Positions 43,916 to 64,000 of a DNA stretch of 64,000 bases are shown piece after piece. This DNA is from the human T2T-CHM13v2.0 reference genome, Homo sapiens. Under the pieces are notes generated by a model. The model was not told the origin of the DNA. It saw nothing but the letters and a program-made list of their open reading frames with translations, and ran no database searches. How positions within the stretch are numbered: position 1 is the stretch's first letter; every line of letters starts with the position of its first letter. The stretch lies in NCBI RefSeq assembly GCF_009914755.1, contig NC_060927.1; one strand, written 5' to 3'. Both the position numbers and the translations under genes were made by a program.

Positions 43916-46158
43916 TGTAAATAGATGAACAAACTGATAGATATAGAAGTAGAGATAGACATATAGATATAAATGTGAATGTAGACATAGAAATAAACAC
44001 AGATCTATTGATATATTGATACATAAATATAGATAGAGCAGAACAGAACCCCTTTCACATAATGTTTTCTCCTGTTTGATCAAAAATTTATGAAAATTAC
44101 CTGGCACCTGTAGGCATTTGCATGCTTATACTTTGTCCTAAGAAATGCAAAGTGGCTAAAAGATCTTTTTTTACAGCAAAAGGTCTCTACATGCCTGGAG
44201 TGAATCAAAGACTTTTCTAAGATACACACGTACAGCTCTTACTGAAGTGTGGCGTCAACAAAGCATAGGGAACACTGAGCTTTATAATTTTGTTAAAGCC
44301 CCATTAAGAAAGGTGTCGAATTACAACTCGCAAATGGAAATCTATATGCTGATGTTTAGAAATCTTTTATCCGACTTTAATGGCAATGTCTCTCAACTTA
44401 TTTAAGCTTGAAGTTTATTCGCTAGTGTTATGTAAATGAAGACTGGCATATTGGTAGAAAAAGCCAATCTTCATTCCTTAAAAGATCCAAAGATTCATAG
44501 GGAAGTAAGTTGCATTAAGCACACACACATACATATACACACATGCACATGCACATCACACACATATAGACACAAGTGAACACTTTCAAATTAATATATT
44601 AGATATGATTTTGTTAGATAAGCCACAGTGTTACACAAATATAATGTTTTCACTATTTCCTGTTTTTTTTCTAGATATATTGTTTGAAATATGTCCACTT
44701 CACCAGAGAAGTGATAAAGATCAAATCAGGTTAAAAGTACTCTGCCTTTAATTCATAGACTAATAACTCAAATTTACATTTTCAGTGACTTGGCAACCAT
44801 TGAATTTCCAAAGCAATGATTTTAGTCACAGTGATGTATACTTTTTGCAAGAGAAAGGGAAATAAGAAATGCCAAAGTCATCCAAGTACATGATAGATAA
44901 TATGTTTGATTTATATGTTTGATATATATTGACTGGAGTGGCAGTTTGGAATAGTAGTTTTAGATTTATCTGCTACATATGCTATACTGTTAAATGTTGA
45001 TGTACATTTGACTGTTGTTGACTTGTTCTGTGTGCAAATGGTTTTGGCTCACAGAAGGCTGTTAGGTCTCTAAACTATTTCTCCCATGAACTGATGTAAT
45101 TGTTTGCAAACATAATCTTAAATGCAAGAGACCAAAACCAACAGCAACAACAAAACATAGAAAGCAACATTACTGGAAAGTACTTTGGCTTAAGAAAAAT
45201 AAAATATTTTTCAATAAACTAAAACATTTCTCTTGTGTAGAAACCTTATAGACTTCTTTTCATATTTTTCAATCATTTTTGTATTACGTCAGCTTCTCTA
45301 ACTATGGTATTCAAGAATCCTGCTGGTAATTATCAAGATTAAACATTTATATATTATTTTGTTTGAAATTAATTACTCCTTAAGTCACAAATTGTTAGGA
45401 CTTAGAACATACCTGGAATGTCATCCCGTTTGTTTTCCATAGATGACTGATGCTAAACCTGAGGAGAAAAACAATACAACTATTTAAAGAAATATAAATA
45501 TATGACATTTTTAACTTACATTAAGAAAGTAATCATCAAATTAATTTAGGTGTATTCCTAGAAAAAAATTCAAGTTTCTTTCAGTAAGACAAATTAAAGA
45601 TACAGATGATCATTTAGAGGGCCATTTGCTTTCAAACTTTGTTTAATACCTACTACTTGCCGTTCACAGGTTTATTTACTGAACATGAAGGAATAAACAA
45701 AGCAGAGAAAAAAACAGCTATCTTGGAGCTCATATTTTAGTGGAGGAAGTGAGGTAAATGAATAAAGTTGGGTATATCTTGTTTACAAATACATAAGCTG
45801 TAGGCAAATATTATGTTACCTAATAGTGTGTTGCTTACCTAGATTAATAGAGAAAACATCACAGAATCAAAAGCTCTTAGTATTAATCTAGAGTCTGAAA
45901 CACTCAAGCCACTTTCATAAGTTATTTAGCAGTTTTAGCTTCAGTTTTGACTCAAGTTAATTGTGAATTATATATACACCCAGTCTTCCTCATACTATTT
46001 CTCTGAATCTCACATGTGATCAATGTACAATATAGCACTTTGTAAAGCTGTGTCAAGCGTTGCATAAACAGAAAGCAGTGTCATTATAGCTAGAAGTTGA
46101 TGTGGGGAAGAAAGTAAACTACAACATGACAAACAAAATCCATAGAGCATTCCTGGAT

Positions 46159-46950
<792 letters not shown>

Positions 46951-47435
46951 TGTGAATAGTATTGTAATCTTAACAAGTGCTAGCAATTGGCCAGCAAAGT
47001 AACAATTAATATGAGCCAGTAAATGAAGATTGTAAGAACTCTGGACTTGTACATACTCAGTTTTGCCCTATCCGGGTCCACCCTGAGCATGTAGAGTACT
47101 GGAGCCTTCTCCTCAGAGAGGCTCATGTTTTAAGGGGACCAATTTGCTACATGACAAGTGGTAATGCAACAAAGATTCTAGGAACAGTTACTGGAATAAA
47201 AAGAGATCCCTCTCTCACTTACTTGTGCTAAAAACCACTGACAACTTCTCAAAAAGGTACAAGAGAGAGCTGTCTCTACATTTTAAGGTTTTCCATTAAT
47301 TTTTATTTTTAATTTAAATTTGCTCTTGACAGTCGCCTTGAACCCATTGCATCTGCTTTAAATGTTGGCATTAGGTCTGGAGTTAGAATGAGAAATCCAA
47401 GTAACATTTTTTTCTTAGGTTCTGTGCCTTTCATA

Positions 47436-47622
47436 GTAGTGGTTCTCAAAATAGTGTGAGTTGAAGTCAACTGTTGATCTTAGAGGACATTGACATCCTG
47501 GACACTAGTACAAATATTCTGATTTGGTAAGTCTGGAATGTGTCCCAAATCTGCATACTAAATAGTACCCACCTATCCCTCCATTCTAATTCTCTTGATC
47601 ATAATAATACATTTTGAAGAAA
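47436..47622. mobile_element. MER5-like DNA transposon relic
   Basis: TAGTGGTTCTCAAA start; ATTCTGATTTGGTAAGTCTGG..AATCTGCAT; TTTGAAGAAA end. Confidence 0.5.
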
Positions 47623-47904
47623 ACAAATGAAGATTAATAGACAACCCTAAGAATACCTAGATTAATATTTTATTTTAGAAAATTACTTGCAAACTTTATA
47701 AATGAGATTACTTTTAGGGTTGCTACCTAAAGAAACCAGAAAAATAGTGTAAATATATATATATTTTGGCTTTCACTAAAAATACGTCTCCTACAACAAC
47801 CTAAAAAATTCTGCCAGAATTGAATAAAGGAAGCTCAGGATTCTAGAAGATTCTACCCTCTGACTTGGGGATGCCAATAAGAGGACTTGATTTTCAAGAA
47901 TTTT

Positions 47905-47965
47905 TGTGTGAGTGTGCCTGTACATGTGTGTGAGAGAGAGAGAGAGAAAGAGAAAGAGAGAGAGA
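47905..47965. repeat. (TG)n/(GA)n compound microsatellite
   Basis: Read directly. Confidence 0.85.
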
Positions 47966-48573
47966 ATGTAAGTGCATGAGTGTCTGCCCATTCACAACAC
48001 ACACACATTTAATGCCAGGAGATAAACACTAATCTGCTTAGGTTTTTGTTGTGTGTTTTTATTTTAAAGATGCTGTTGATGCTTTGGAGAATGGACAATT
48101 CTAAGAAAGCATCTAAAAGTACATTTTCATTTGAAATAACAAATATAAGGGAAGGGAAGAAAAGGAAAAGAATGGTTTTGATTAAGGTTTTCAATTGTCT
48201 TATATATGTCAAGAACTTCCTTTTCTATTCCTATGTTTTAAAAGGCTCAGAAGTACTTGATGGGTTTTTATTTTCCTCTGAGTATTTTCTTGGATACACT
48301 GTCTTGGGTTCTGAGAGTCATAACTCAATAGGACGTGACTGGGGCAACACCAAAGTTGAAAATAAATAGCAAACTTGGGTAAAGGTTTAGGAAATAACAT
48401 ATATGTGGAACAGTAATAGAACAAAAGCAACCTTCGCTTTCAGAAAGACATGAATGAAAGATACTACAACTCTTTCAGCAATAACAAGGGCAATTACATA
48501 GAGTCCTTGTCCAGGTGTTCATCTCCATTGAGGGCAGGAGAGGAAATGGATGAAACTGAATTATTTATTTTGA

Positions 48574-48957
<384 letters not shown>

Positions 48958-49984
48958 GCGTGTCTGTATTTTATGATGTAAAGGAGCCATACAATAAAAT
49001 TTTCAAATTGGGCCTCTTTGGTCTCAGTTGGTTTAGGTGTGGTGCTGCATGAGAGAGAAAATAGTGTAAGTGAACTCTTAGAATACATTTTATACCTATC
49101 ATTCTGTAAATTAAAAATCTTAGTGAATAGTTTCTTTTTTTCAGATAGTTTGAAACTAACTGACAAGATTCTTTAGGGAGTTTTCTCTGAATTAAACATA
49201 AATTCTTTCCTATAATCCTCTTATCCTTTACCCTTCATCTCATTCATTCCCAATTATTTCCTTTCTCATGACAGTGGAAGTTAAAGAGGGTGGGGCACAC
49301 AGAGAATGTTTCAGATGAAGTCCTTTCTGCCTGAGCTAAAAAGCAGCATTTGGAAAAGTTCATGTTACAATTTCCTATGATCCTAAAATAGAAGCCTTAC
49401 TGAGATTAGTTTTTTGAAAAAGAAAAACACATATCAATAGCATCAGAAATACAAAAAAAATTTATTAATTTAAATGCCACTTTACAATGTGAGATTATGA
49501 ATTACTCGTTTCAAAAATGCAACTGAACTCGATGATTTAAGGGAATGCCGAACTGTATTTTGTAATTGCAAAATTCTGTAGTGGCACAATACAGTGTAAA
49601 GTACAAAGAAAAGAACGTAAAAACTCACGTCTTAAACCGCATCTTGGATATGAGGCAGCTATTAGAAATATCTTACTTTATGAAATACAACCTATATTGT
49701 ATTCAAATAATAATAATTACATTTCCATTGATATACCTTATAACTTATATTTTTAAAATTTAGTTTTATCCCAAAACACATTTCAGTGGTGCCCTTTTCT
49801 CTGTCACTAAAGAGGATGGAGAAGGTTACCCATGATGGAATAAAAAAATCATTAAATAAAAATGACGCTTGGTGTCAATAGCCTTTTCTACTTACCATAT
49901 TGTTTTTATATCTGAATAATGACCTTGTTTGAGGCAACCATGTGGCCAAACTTGTGATTTTCTGTTTTTTGTTTTTGCCAGATG

Positions 49985-50170
49985 TTTGCCCTTCCAGCTT
50001 TTTTCCAGCAGGGTGTGGCCACATGACATAACTCTGGCCGAGTTGCAAAAGAAATATGATAAGGGATTTTTACAAATTGGCATTGACATTTGATGTTTTC
50101 TCACTCTTTGTGCTTTAAACATAGATGTGTTACACAGAGTTGAAGCAACCATGTTTTGACCATGACCAAC
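49985..50170 (+). mobile_element. Old MLT1 (J/K-like) LTR fragment
   Basis: AGGGTGTGGCCACATGACATAACTCTGGCC..GCAACCATGTTTTGACCATGA. Confidence 0.5.
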
Positions 50171-50660
50171 TGGTAAAAAATGCTTGAAAATACATCCTTC
50201 AATAGAGTACACTTCTGGATGAAAAATAATATATGTAATTATTGTGAGATTACTGAAAATGTTACTGAGATTTTTAAGACAATTAATGTCCTGTTCAACA
50301 ACTATAAATTTCATTCACGCTGAAGAGAAAGATCTCTACATCAGACAAATACACAAAAATTATTTGTATTGCAAAAGTAAATAATATCCTCAAAGTGTTT
50401 TAATATACTCAAAGTGTTTTAAGATATCCTTACATTTAATATTGAAAAAAAGTAGAAATATTTTTATTTGTTCTGTCTCTCTCTCCCTCCCCCCTCATAC
50501 ATACCACATAAAACAAATGTAAGTATTTCAATATAATATGTAAATATTGGCACATATTCATATTTATTCCTAATACAGATCACAATATAACTTATATTGT
50601 GGTATTTAAAATATTTTAGGTATAATATACTTAAGCAATTTTTATATTTTCAAAAGGAAT

Positions 50661-53422
<2,762 letters not shown>

Positions 53423-56034
53423 TAAATATTAAGGACTTTTAAAAATTTGTATTCAACATATTCTGACTTTAGTCATTCTTGTACAAGCATGATTCCAAAG
53501 GCTTTTCAAATAAATACTTTGGACTGTGGCTAATAAAATAATTAAAGAGTTTTCAATAGTTAATTACTTTTGTAATTGGCTAAAAACGTTTTACGTAAAT
53601 TCTATTTCTCTTTTAAATTAAGTGAAATCATAAAAAAGTATAATTTTTATTTTATGTTACTTTGTGAACCTGTCTGTGACAGAACATTTATTTTCAAATT
53701 TTATAATGCTAAATTGATTTTCAATCACGTTTTAAGACATATAATATACTTTAATCCTACTATTGCCATATTGAAACCTCCCCTATTCATGTTTTGGGCA
53801 AGTGGAACAAAAGAAATAAATTAAAGTTAATAATCTTCATTGTTTTTCACAAACCATGTTTTAATTGTTTTACAAATGTTGAGTAATGTGATTACTTCAA
53901 AGAGAAACTGAAACTGTAGATGTGTCTCTTTCATAGGAAATAAGACAAGTAGTTGTATACATTTTAAAAATAAGTATTATATACATTATTAAAAAAATAT
54001 ACATTCTTTTTGTGAGGAACATAAAAAAATTTACTTCAAAAAGAAGCATTAAGAATACTTAAGAAAAGTATCACCCAACACAATCAATTTGGAGAAGTAG
54101 AGAAAAAGCGAATTTGTAAATTTCTGTATATAATTCTGATTTCTCCCTGTATTTACAGAAAGTCCATGAGAAAAGTTGTTATAAATTCCGTTATATTTTA
54201 AAAATTTATCTTAGAAATTACATTTTGTGGTCACTAACTCTGCTTGTGTTTGACACTATTGTGGTACCTTTTTATATATTCAGGTTGAAAAATTATCTAT
54301 GGGCAATTTCTCATGTGTACCTAAAAGCCATTAATAGATTCTCATTATTTCCTCTGAACTTGACCCATTACTTTAGTTAAAGCATGTATAATATTATGTG
54401 CAATGAACTTGATCATTAATGATTTTTACTTTTATTTGAAAGGTCTGAATGAAACAGATCATTCCTAACTCTTCATATACCTCCCCTTAGAAGGGGGTGA
54501 ATTTAAAACAGTCTTGCCGTATCAAACCAGGTAATTGGGGTACAGATTTTTGAAAAACAATCAGAAATTTAGCCAGATGAAAATGAGTTTTCAGTTGAAA
54601 TGGGTAAGAATGAGTAAGCAGTTAAAACAAGTTCCTAATCATTTTCATTATGAAAGAAACAAAAAGAAAGAACATAAACTTGATTATCAAATGAACAGAG
54701 GCAAAGCTAGGCCTTTATCATAGGGAGTTACATGGCAGTGCTTCTTAGAATTCTTTTTTTTCCCCAAATAAACCCTCACACACGGAACAAAGAAGCCAAT
54801 GCCTTTCCTCTCATCTCTCTCCTTGTCCCTACTGTTTTTAATAATGTACGTCTGACATGCTAACAATCAAGCACATGTTCTTTCATTGTTGTCTGATCTC
54901 AGCTGTCTGATAATGGCTTAAGAGGAATGATGAGTGGAATCACACATCAAGGGTCTCCTTTGTTGACAGTATAACCAAGGGTGTATTTCCAATTTGCAGT
55001 TTGGTACTGCAGCTTTAGAAGTGCCACATTTGTTTGATATCCACTTGATGCAGTGCCATTAATCCACCAAACTCAGGGGTCAACTATCCCGACAATGTGT
55101 GAATGAGGAATCAAAGATACAGACTTTGCAGAAGTTTTTGAAAAATAAAAGAAACAGTTTGTTTCCCAGGTTTCTTTTTTTAATCTTAAGACATAAAATA
55201 ATAAAATATCACTCTGCAAAAAATCTAAGCATACCATATGATATGTACATACGTTCTCTACCATCTATAGATTTGGCCTAAAAAATGTTTCATGTTTTTC
55301 ATAACGAATAAAGAGTCAATCTGTTCTGTGTTTTACCATTTGGAATTAATCCAAGACCAATTATTTTACAGATTATCCTCACAAATTTTCCGCATCTCAA
55401 GCTCTTTTGGGGAAAAATACATCTTTTCAATATTTTAAACATTTTCTACTCTGAACATGTGTTACTCGAGCAATACTAAAAATTGTATTTAAAATATAAA
55501 CTGAAAGATCTGGTAAAGACCTTAGAAAAGGTCTATTATTACAAATTAGAAAAGGCTTATTTATTTTGGAATATTAACTTTTCCCACTTCCAATAGTAGC
55601 CCATTGTTTTCACAAAGTTCACTCTCTGATTAACTAAAATATACTTCATAAATATTTTTTGTCTTATAAAAAATGATGATGATTAAAATTAAGTCTTTTC
55701 TGGTGGTGAAGCCATATTCACAGGTAAGATACTTGAAATTATCTATGAATATTTTGTTTTCTTAGTATACATATATGTATGTGTGTATATATATATGCAT
55801 ACATGTACAAAATATTTGTTACTTTCTCCTGTTTTATTTGATTAAGAATATAGAAAACAAAGTCTACAAACATACAATTCATATCCTTTCAACATTAATA
55901 ATCTCTCAGAAGACTGGTGCAAATGAATACGTGTAGTTTAAATGAATTCACATTTAATTCAAACATCCCTTTTATTAAAACTGATTTTAAATTTAAGGCA
56001 CATTGGCATGCAGATTTTCAGAAATACTTTTACT

Positions 56035-60158
<4,124 letters not shown>

Positions 60159-60439
60159 AGAATGTCAATTGCTGAACACTATTTCTTCTTTGTTTTGCAT
60201 TCTTTTTGTAACAATCTTAATCATCGTTCATCAAATCTACTTTCTTGAGATTAATAAGAAACACGGTGTTACTGAGTAGAACACAGAAGAAAAACAATAA
60301 ATTTAACGTATTTCAGAATTTAACATATTTTAAACAATCTTTACTTTCACAAGTGAAAATTATGATTAAATAATAATTTAAAATAAATAAAATGTTAACG
60401 TTTCTTTTAATTAAATTAACTAATTAATAGATTTGTTTT

Positions 60440-60560
60440 CTCAACAAACATTTATTGACTCTTCGTATATCTCAGGTAGTGTTATTTGCACTTGAGATAC
60501 ATCATTGAACAAGGAAGACAAGTCTTTGCTTTATTTTGAGCTTTTTCTGGTGAACAGAGC
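60440..60560 (-). mobile_element. L2 3' end
   Basis: TCAACAAACATTTATTGA..TGAGATACATCATTGAACAAG. Confidence 0.65.
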
Positions 60561-60649
60561 AGGTATTATGAATTTTATTCTTTCTCATGGCTTTAAGTAC
60601 TATATCTGTATGCACTATATATGTTATATATAAGTACTAATATCTACAT

Positions 60650-61133
60650 GTTGATAACTACTATTATTCAGGGTCTAATGTAGAAAAAAGAAACCGTTGT
60701 GAGGATTCAAAAAAACTTTAGTAGAGTCAACTGATACATAGGAGATTAAAGAGCTAAGAAAAAAAAAAGAGACAATGTGGTAAACATTATGTTACAAACA
60801 GCTATACTCTTAGACCAGAGGCTCAAGGAATAGAGATAGAATTATCAAATATTAGATGCAGGGGCTCAACAGATGTAAGCTAGAATTACAGCCAGGTTAT
60901 GGGGTGGGAGTCACAGAGGATATTCAGCCACTGATGACACACAAGGCAGAGGGTGACTGAGGGAAATATACTTGCTTCTCCATTCTTTCACCTTTCAATT
61001 TCTCACTAGTGCCTCCCATTGGCCAAACCCAGTCTGAGACTTGGCCAACAGTACTTAGGCCCACCTGTGAGGCAGAACAGAACAGGGAAGGCTGACAAGT
61101 GTATCTGAGGATAAACAGGATAAGACTGGCACA
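60650..61133 (-). mobile_element. ERVL LTR33/LTR41-like solo LTR
   Basis: Minus strand TGTGCCAG..GGGTTTGGCCAATGGGAGGCACTAG. Confidence 0.65.
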
Positions 61134-61552
61134 ACTACCAAACTTCTATCTCCTATCATTATTTTTCTCCTGAAATTCAGGCACGTGTGTTCAAATGACT
61201 ATGGGAGATTCTCCTTGAATATACAAAGGGCACATTATACTGCATACGTAAAACATTAAATTTGATTGCTGCCACATTAACTAAACATATACCAAAAAAT
61301 CTAAACTAACTAAAATGTGACCTCCTGACAGTGCCCTGATACATTAAAAACTGTATCAATTATCACAGTTGCTCAAGCATTATGGCTAGGGGTTCATCTT
61401 TTCTTCTTCTCTTACCTGTACCTCCTACTCTTAACTGTAGCTCACAGTTCATTGCACATATAAGTCCTATCTTTAAAACATTCTGGGTCACTCTACTTCT
61501 TTTAATTTTCACAGAAACACTCTAGTCTAAGTCACCATTATATTTACGCTGT

Positions 61553-62103
61553 TTTTTTTTAATAATTTATTTTTGGGGGAAGTTTTATGTTCACAGCAAA
61601 ATTGCAAGGAAGGTACAAAGATTTCTCATTTCTCCTTGTCCCAACACATGCATAGCCTCCTTAGTTATCAGCATCCCCAACACAGTAGTACGTTTGTTAT
61701 AACTGATGAACCTATGTTGACACATCATTTTCACCCAGAGTTGAAGGATTATATTAGGGTTCAGGTTTGGTGTTCATTTTATGGGTTTGACAAATATACA
61801 ATAACATGCATTTACTGTTATAGTATCCTACAGAGTAGTTTCACTGCCCTAGAGATCTTCTGTGCTCTCTCTATTCATCCCTTCTTCCATCTTATCCCTG
61901 GCAACCATTAGCCTTCTCATGTCTCTGTAGCTTTGCCCTTTCCAAAATGTCACATTTTTGAAATTGTAGTTAGCCTTTCTCGTTTTTTTTTTTCACCTAG
62001 TAATATGCACTGTAGTTTTCTCCATGCCTTTCAGTGCCTTAATAGTTCATTTCTTTTTAACATTGAATAATATTCTATTGTCTGGATGTACCACAGTTTT
62101 TAT
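61553..62103 (-). mobile_element. L1MC1-like 3' end
   Basis: TTCACAGCAAAATTG..TGATGAACCTATGTTGACACATCAT..GAGTAGTTTCACTGCCCTA. Confidence 0.85.
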
Positions 62104-62133
62104 CCTGTATTCCTGCAATAACTCCTGTCTGGT

Positions 62134-62505
62134 TGTGACAGGTTGTATTTTTCAAAAATGGCTGCATCAATATCACTTATCTTTCATGATTTTTTTGCAA
62201 CGTGGCATTTCCATATCCCAATCAGGAGGTAAAATCAATTTCTCTATCCATTTGAATGTGACTGCCTTGACCAATAAGATAAAGTAAATGTAACACTGTA
62301 TCAGTTTCCCACCTTTTAAAGCCATGAGCCATGTAGGAAATATACTTCCAGTAACTACCATGCTGTGAGAAAATCAAGTGGAGAGATTCTCGAGAATGAA
62401 ACCAGCCACGAGGAGAGAGGGGTCAGGAAGTACTCAACACCAGATAAATGAATGAGATATCTTGGAAGTGCATCCTGCAGCCCCAGCCACTCCAACCAAT
62501 TTCCA
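62134..62505 (+). mobile_element. MLT1G/H-like LTR fragment
   Basis: TGTGACAGGTTGTATTTTTCAAAAATGGCTGCA start; CCATGCTGTGAGAAA. Confidence 0.75.
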
Positions 62506-62509
62506 CAGA

Positions 62510-63092
62510 AAGTACAAAGTATAGAGCTACCATAGGATTCAACATTTCCACTTTTAAATAGCTACCCAAGAGAAGTGAAAATATATATCCATATAAAAAC
62601 TTGTACATGAATGTTCATGGTGGCATTATTCATAGTAGTCAAAAAGTAGAAAAGACTCAAATGCTGACTACTGAAGAATACATAAACAACATTTGGTATA
62701 TCTATACATATACAATGAAATATTATTCAGCAATAAAGAGGAATGAAATACTGATATATGGTTCAACATGTACTAAACTTGAAAACATTATGCTAAGTGA
62801 AAGATATCAGTTACCAAAAAAAATATCGTATAAACTATTTCCATGAAATTTCCAGAATAGGCAGATCTACAGAGATAGAACATAGATCAATGGCTTCCTA
62901 AGGCAAATTTTGCGTGTGTGTGTGTGTGTGTGTGTGTTTGTGTTTGTGTGTGTGTGTGAAAATGTTCTACAATTAGATTAAAATAATAGTTTCATAAATT
63001 GGTGAATATGCTAAAAACCATTGAAGCACTTGCTTTCAATGGGGAAACTATATGGTATGTAAGTTACATGTCAGTAAAGTTGGTTAAAAAGA
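62510..63092 (+). mobile_element. L1MB/ME-like 3' end containing a (TG)n at 62913-62958
   Basis: AAAACTTGTACATGAATGTTCAT..GAAAACATTATGCTAAGTGAAAGA..AAAACCATTGAA. Confidence 0.85.
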
Positions 63093-63119
63093 AAACATCG
63101 TAGTCAAATAATATCAACC

Positions 63120-63683
63120 CCTTCTTAAAACCCTTCCTTGCCTTTACATTCACCCAGACTAAATTTCACAGTGTTATCCTAGGCCTGTAACCCTAAGAAT
63201 AAATCCCTATGGGGTCACAACCTTATCTACCATACTGAATTTGCCTCCTTCAACTCTCCCCAAAGCCCACCATATTTTAGCCACGTTGACTTTTTTTTCA
63301 GGGCTTCAGATAGTCTAAATTTGTCCTCTTCTTATGGTATTCACATTATTCCTAAACCTATTCCTGGAAGACTCTTCCCTTAGGTCTCATGTTTGCATCC
63401 TCCTAGGTCTTCAGGTCTCTGCTCAAATATTAACTTTATAGGCCAGATTCACTCAGTCAAAATAGGCCCGAGTCACTTTTTTACACAATACCCTGTCTTG
63501 TCTTTATCTCACTTCTAACACTATAAAACATTATCAGATCTGTTTTATTTATTTACTTGCGATGTCTTTTTCCCCAGTAGAATCTGAGCTCCATGAGAGT
63601 TCAAATCTAATATTTTGATCATCACTTTGCAGCACCTGACTGAGTGCACAGAGTAGATGCTTGGTAAACATTTGTTCAATGAG
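63120..63683 (+). mobile_element. L2 3' portion; probably continues the L2-like segment at about 61140-61545
   Basis: TTCCTGGAAGACTCTTCCC..TCAGGTCTCTGCTCAAATAT..TAGAATCTGAGCTCCATGAGAG..TAAACATTTGTTCAATGA. Confidence 0.75.
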
Positions 63684-64000
63684 GAGTTCTTTACACTTAA
63701 TTATCTTTTTACTTTTATCATCATGGAGCAAATAATAGATTTTCACAATAGTGTATGTCCCAAAGATATTTTTTGTAACCTTCACTCTCACCTTTCTCTG
63801 CTCACTGCTGAGGAATTCTCAGGCTGCCTGTAGACGAAATAGTGCTATCCAGAGATGGTGCTATATCCCGTTCTTACCTGCCTGCTTCACAAGCTGTCTC
63901 GCAGATCTCCCACTGCTACAGTAATTACAGAAATACTTTATAAACTATTTTGTAAGTATTTATGGTTTATATTTTTACAATGTATGGTATACAAAGGTGA

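Noticed and set aside
49892-50314. 140-aa minus-strand ORF
   Set aside because: Overlaps an old MLT1 fragment; no recognisable protein similarity

Overview
AT-rich primate (hominoid/human-like) intergenic or deep-intronic DNA dominated by interspersed repeats. I see no credible intact protein-coding gene, tRNA or rRNA; nearly all listed ORFs are L1, Alu or ERV remnants, or chance ORFs. Supportable content: about 11 Alus; six or more L1 copies from old L1M to L1PA3-like; a decayed GAPDH processed pseudogene (29264-30562, -); a two-LTR ERVL-class provirus remnant (34301-38788, -); MaLR LTRs, MER30, MIR and L2 relics; and microsatellites. Most notable: (1) a TSD-flanked L1 that keeps 5'UTR, ORF1 and 3' end but lacks almost all of ORF2; (2) a twin-primed inverted L1 and a neighbouring older L1 that share five non-consensus substitutions plus a patch of young-type sequence, suggesting local gene conversion; (3) a 41-bp triplication over the ERV integrase first-Asp motif; (4) a motif-dense candidate enhancer at about 25.5-25.85 kb. 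I found no evidence for a genuinely new biological system. Subfamily names come from remembered consensus sequences and need RepeatMasker/Dfam confirmation.
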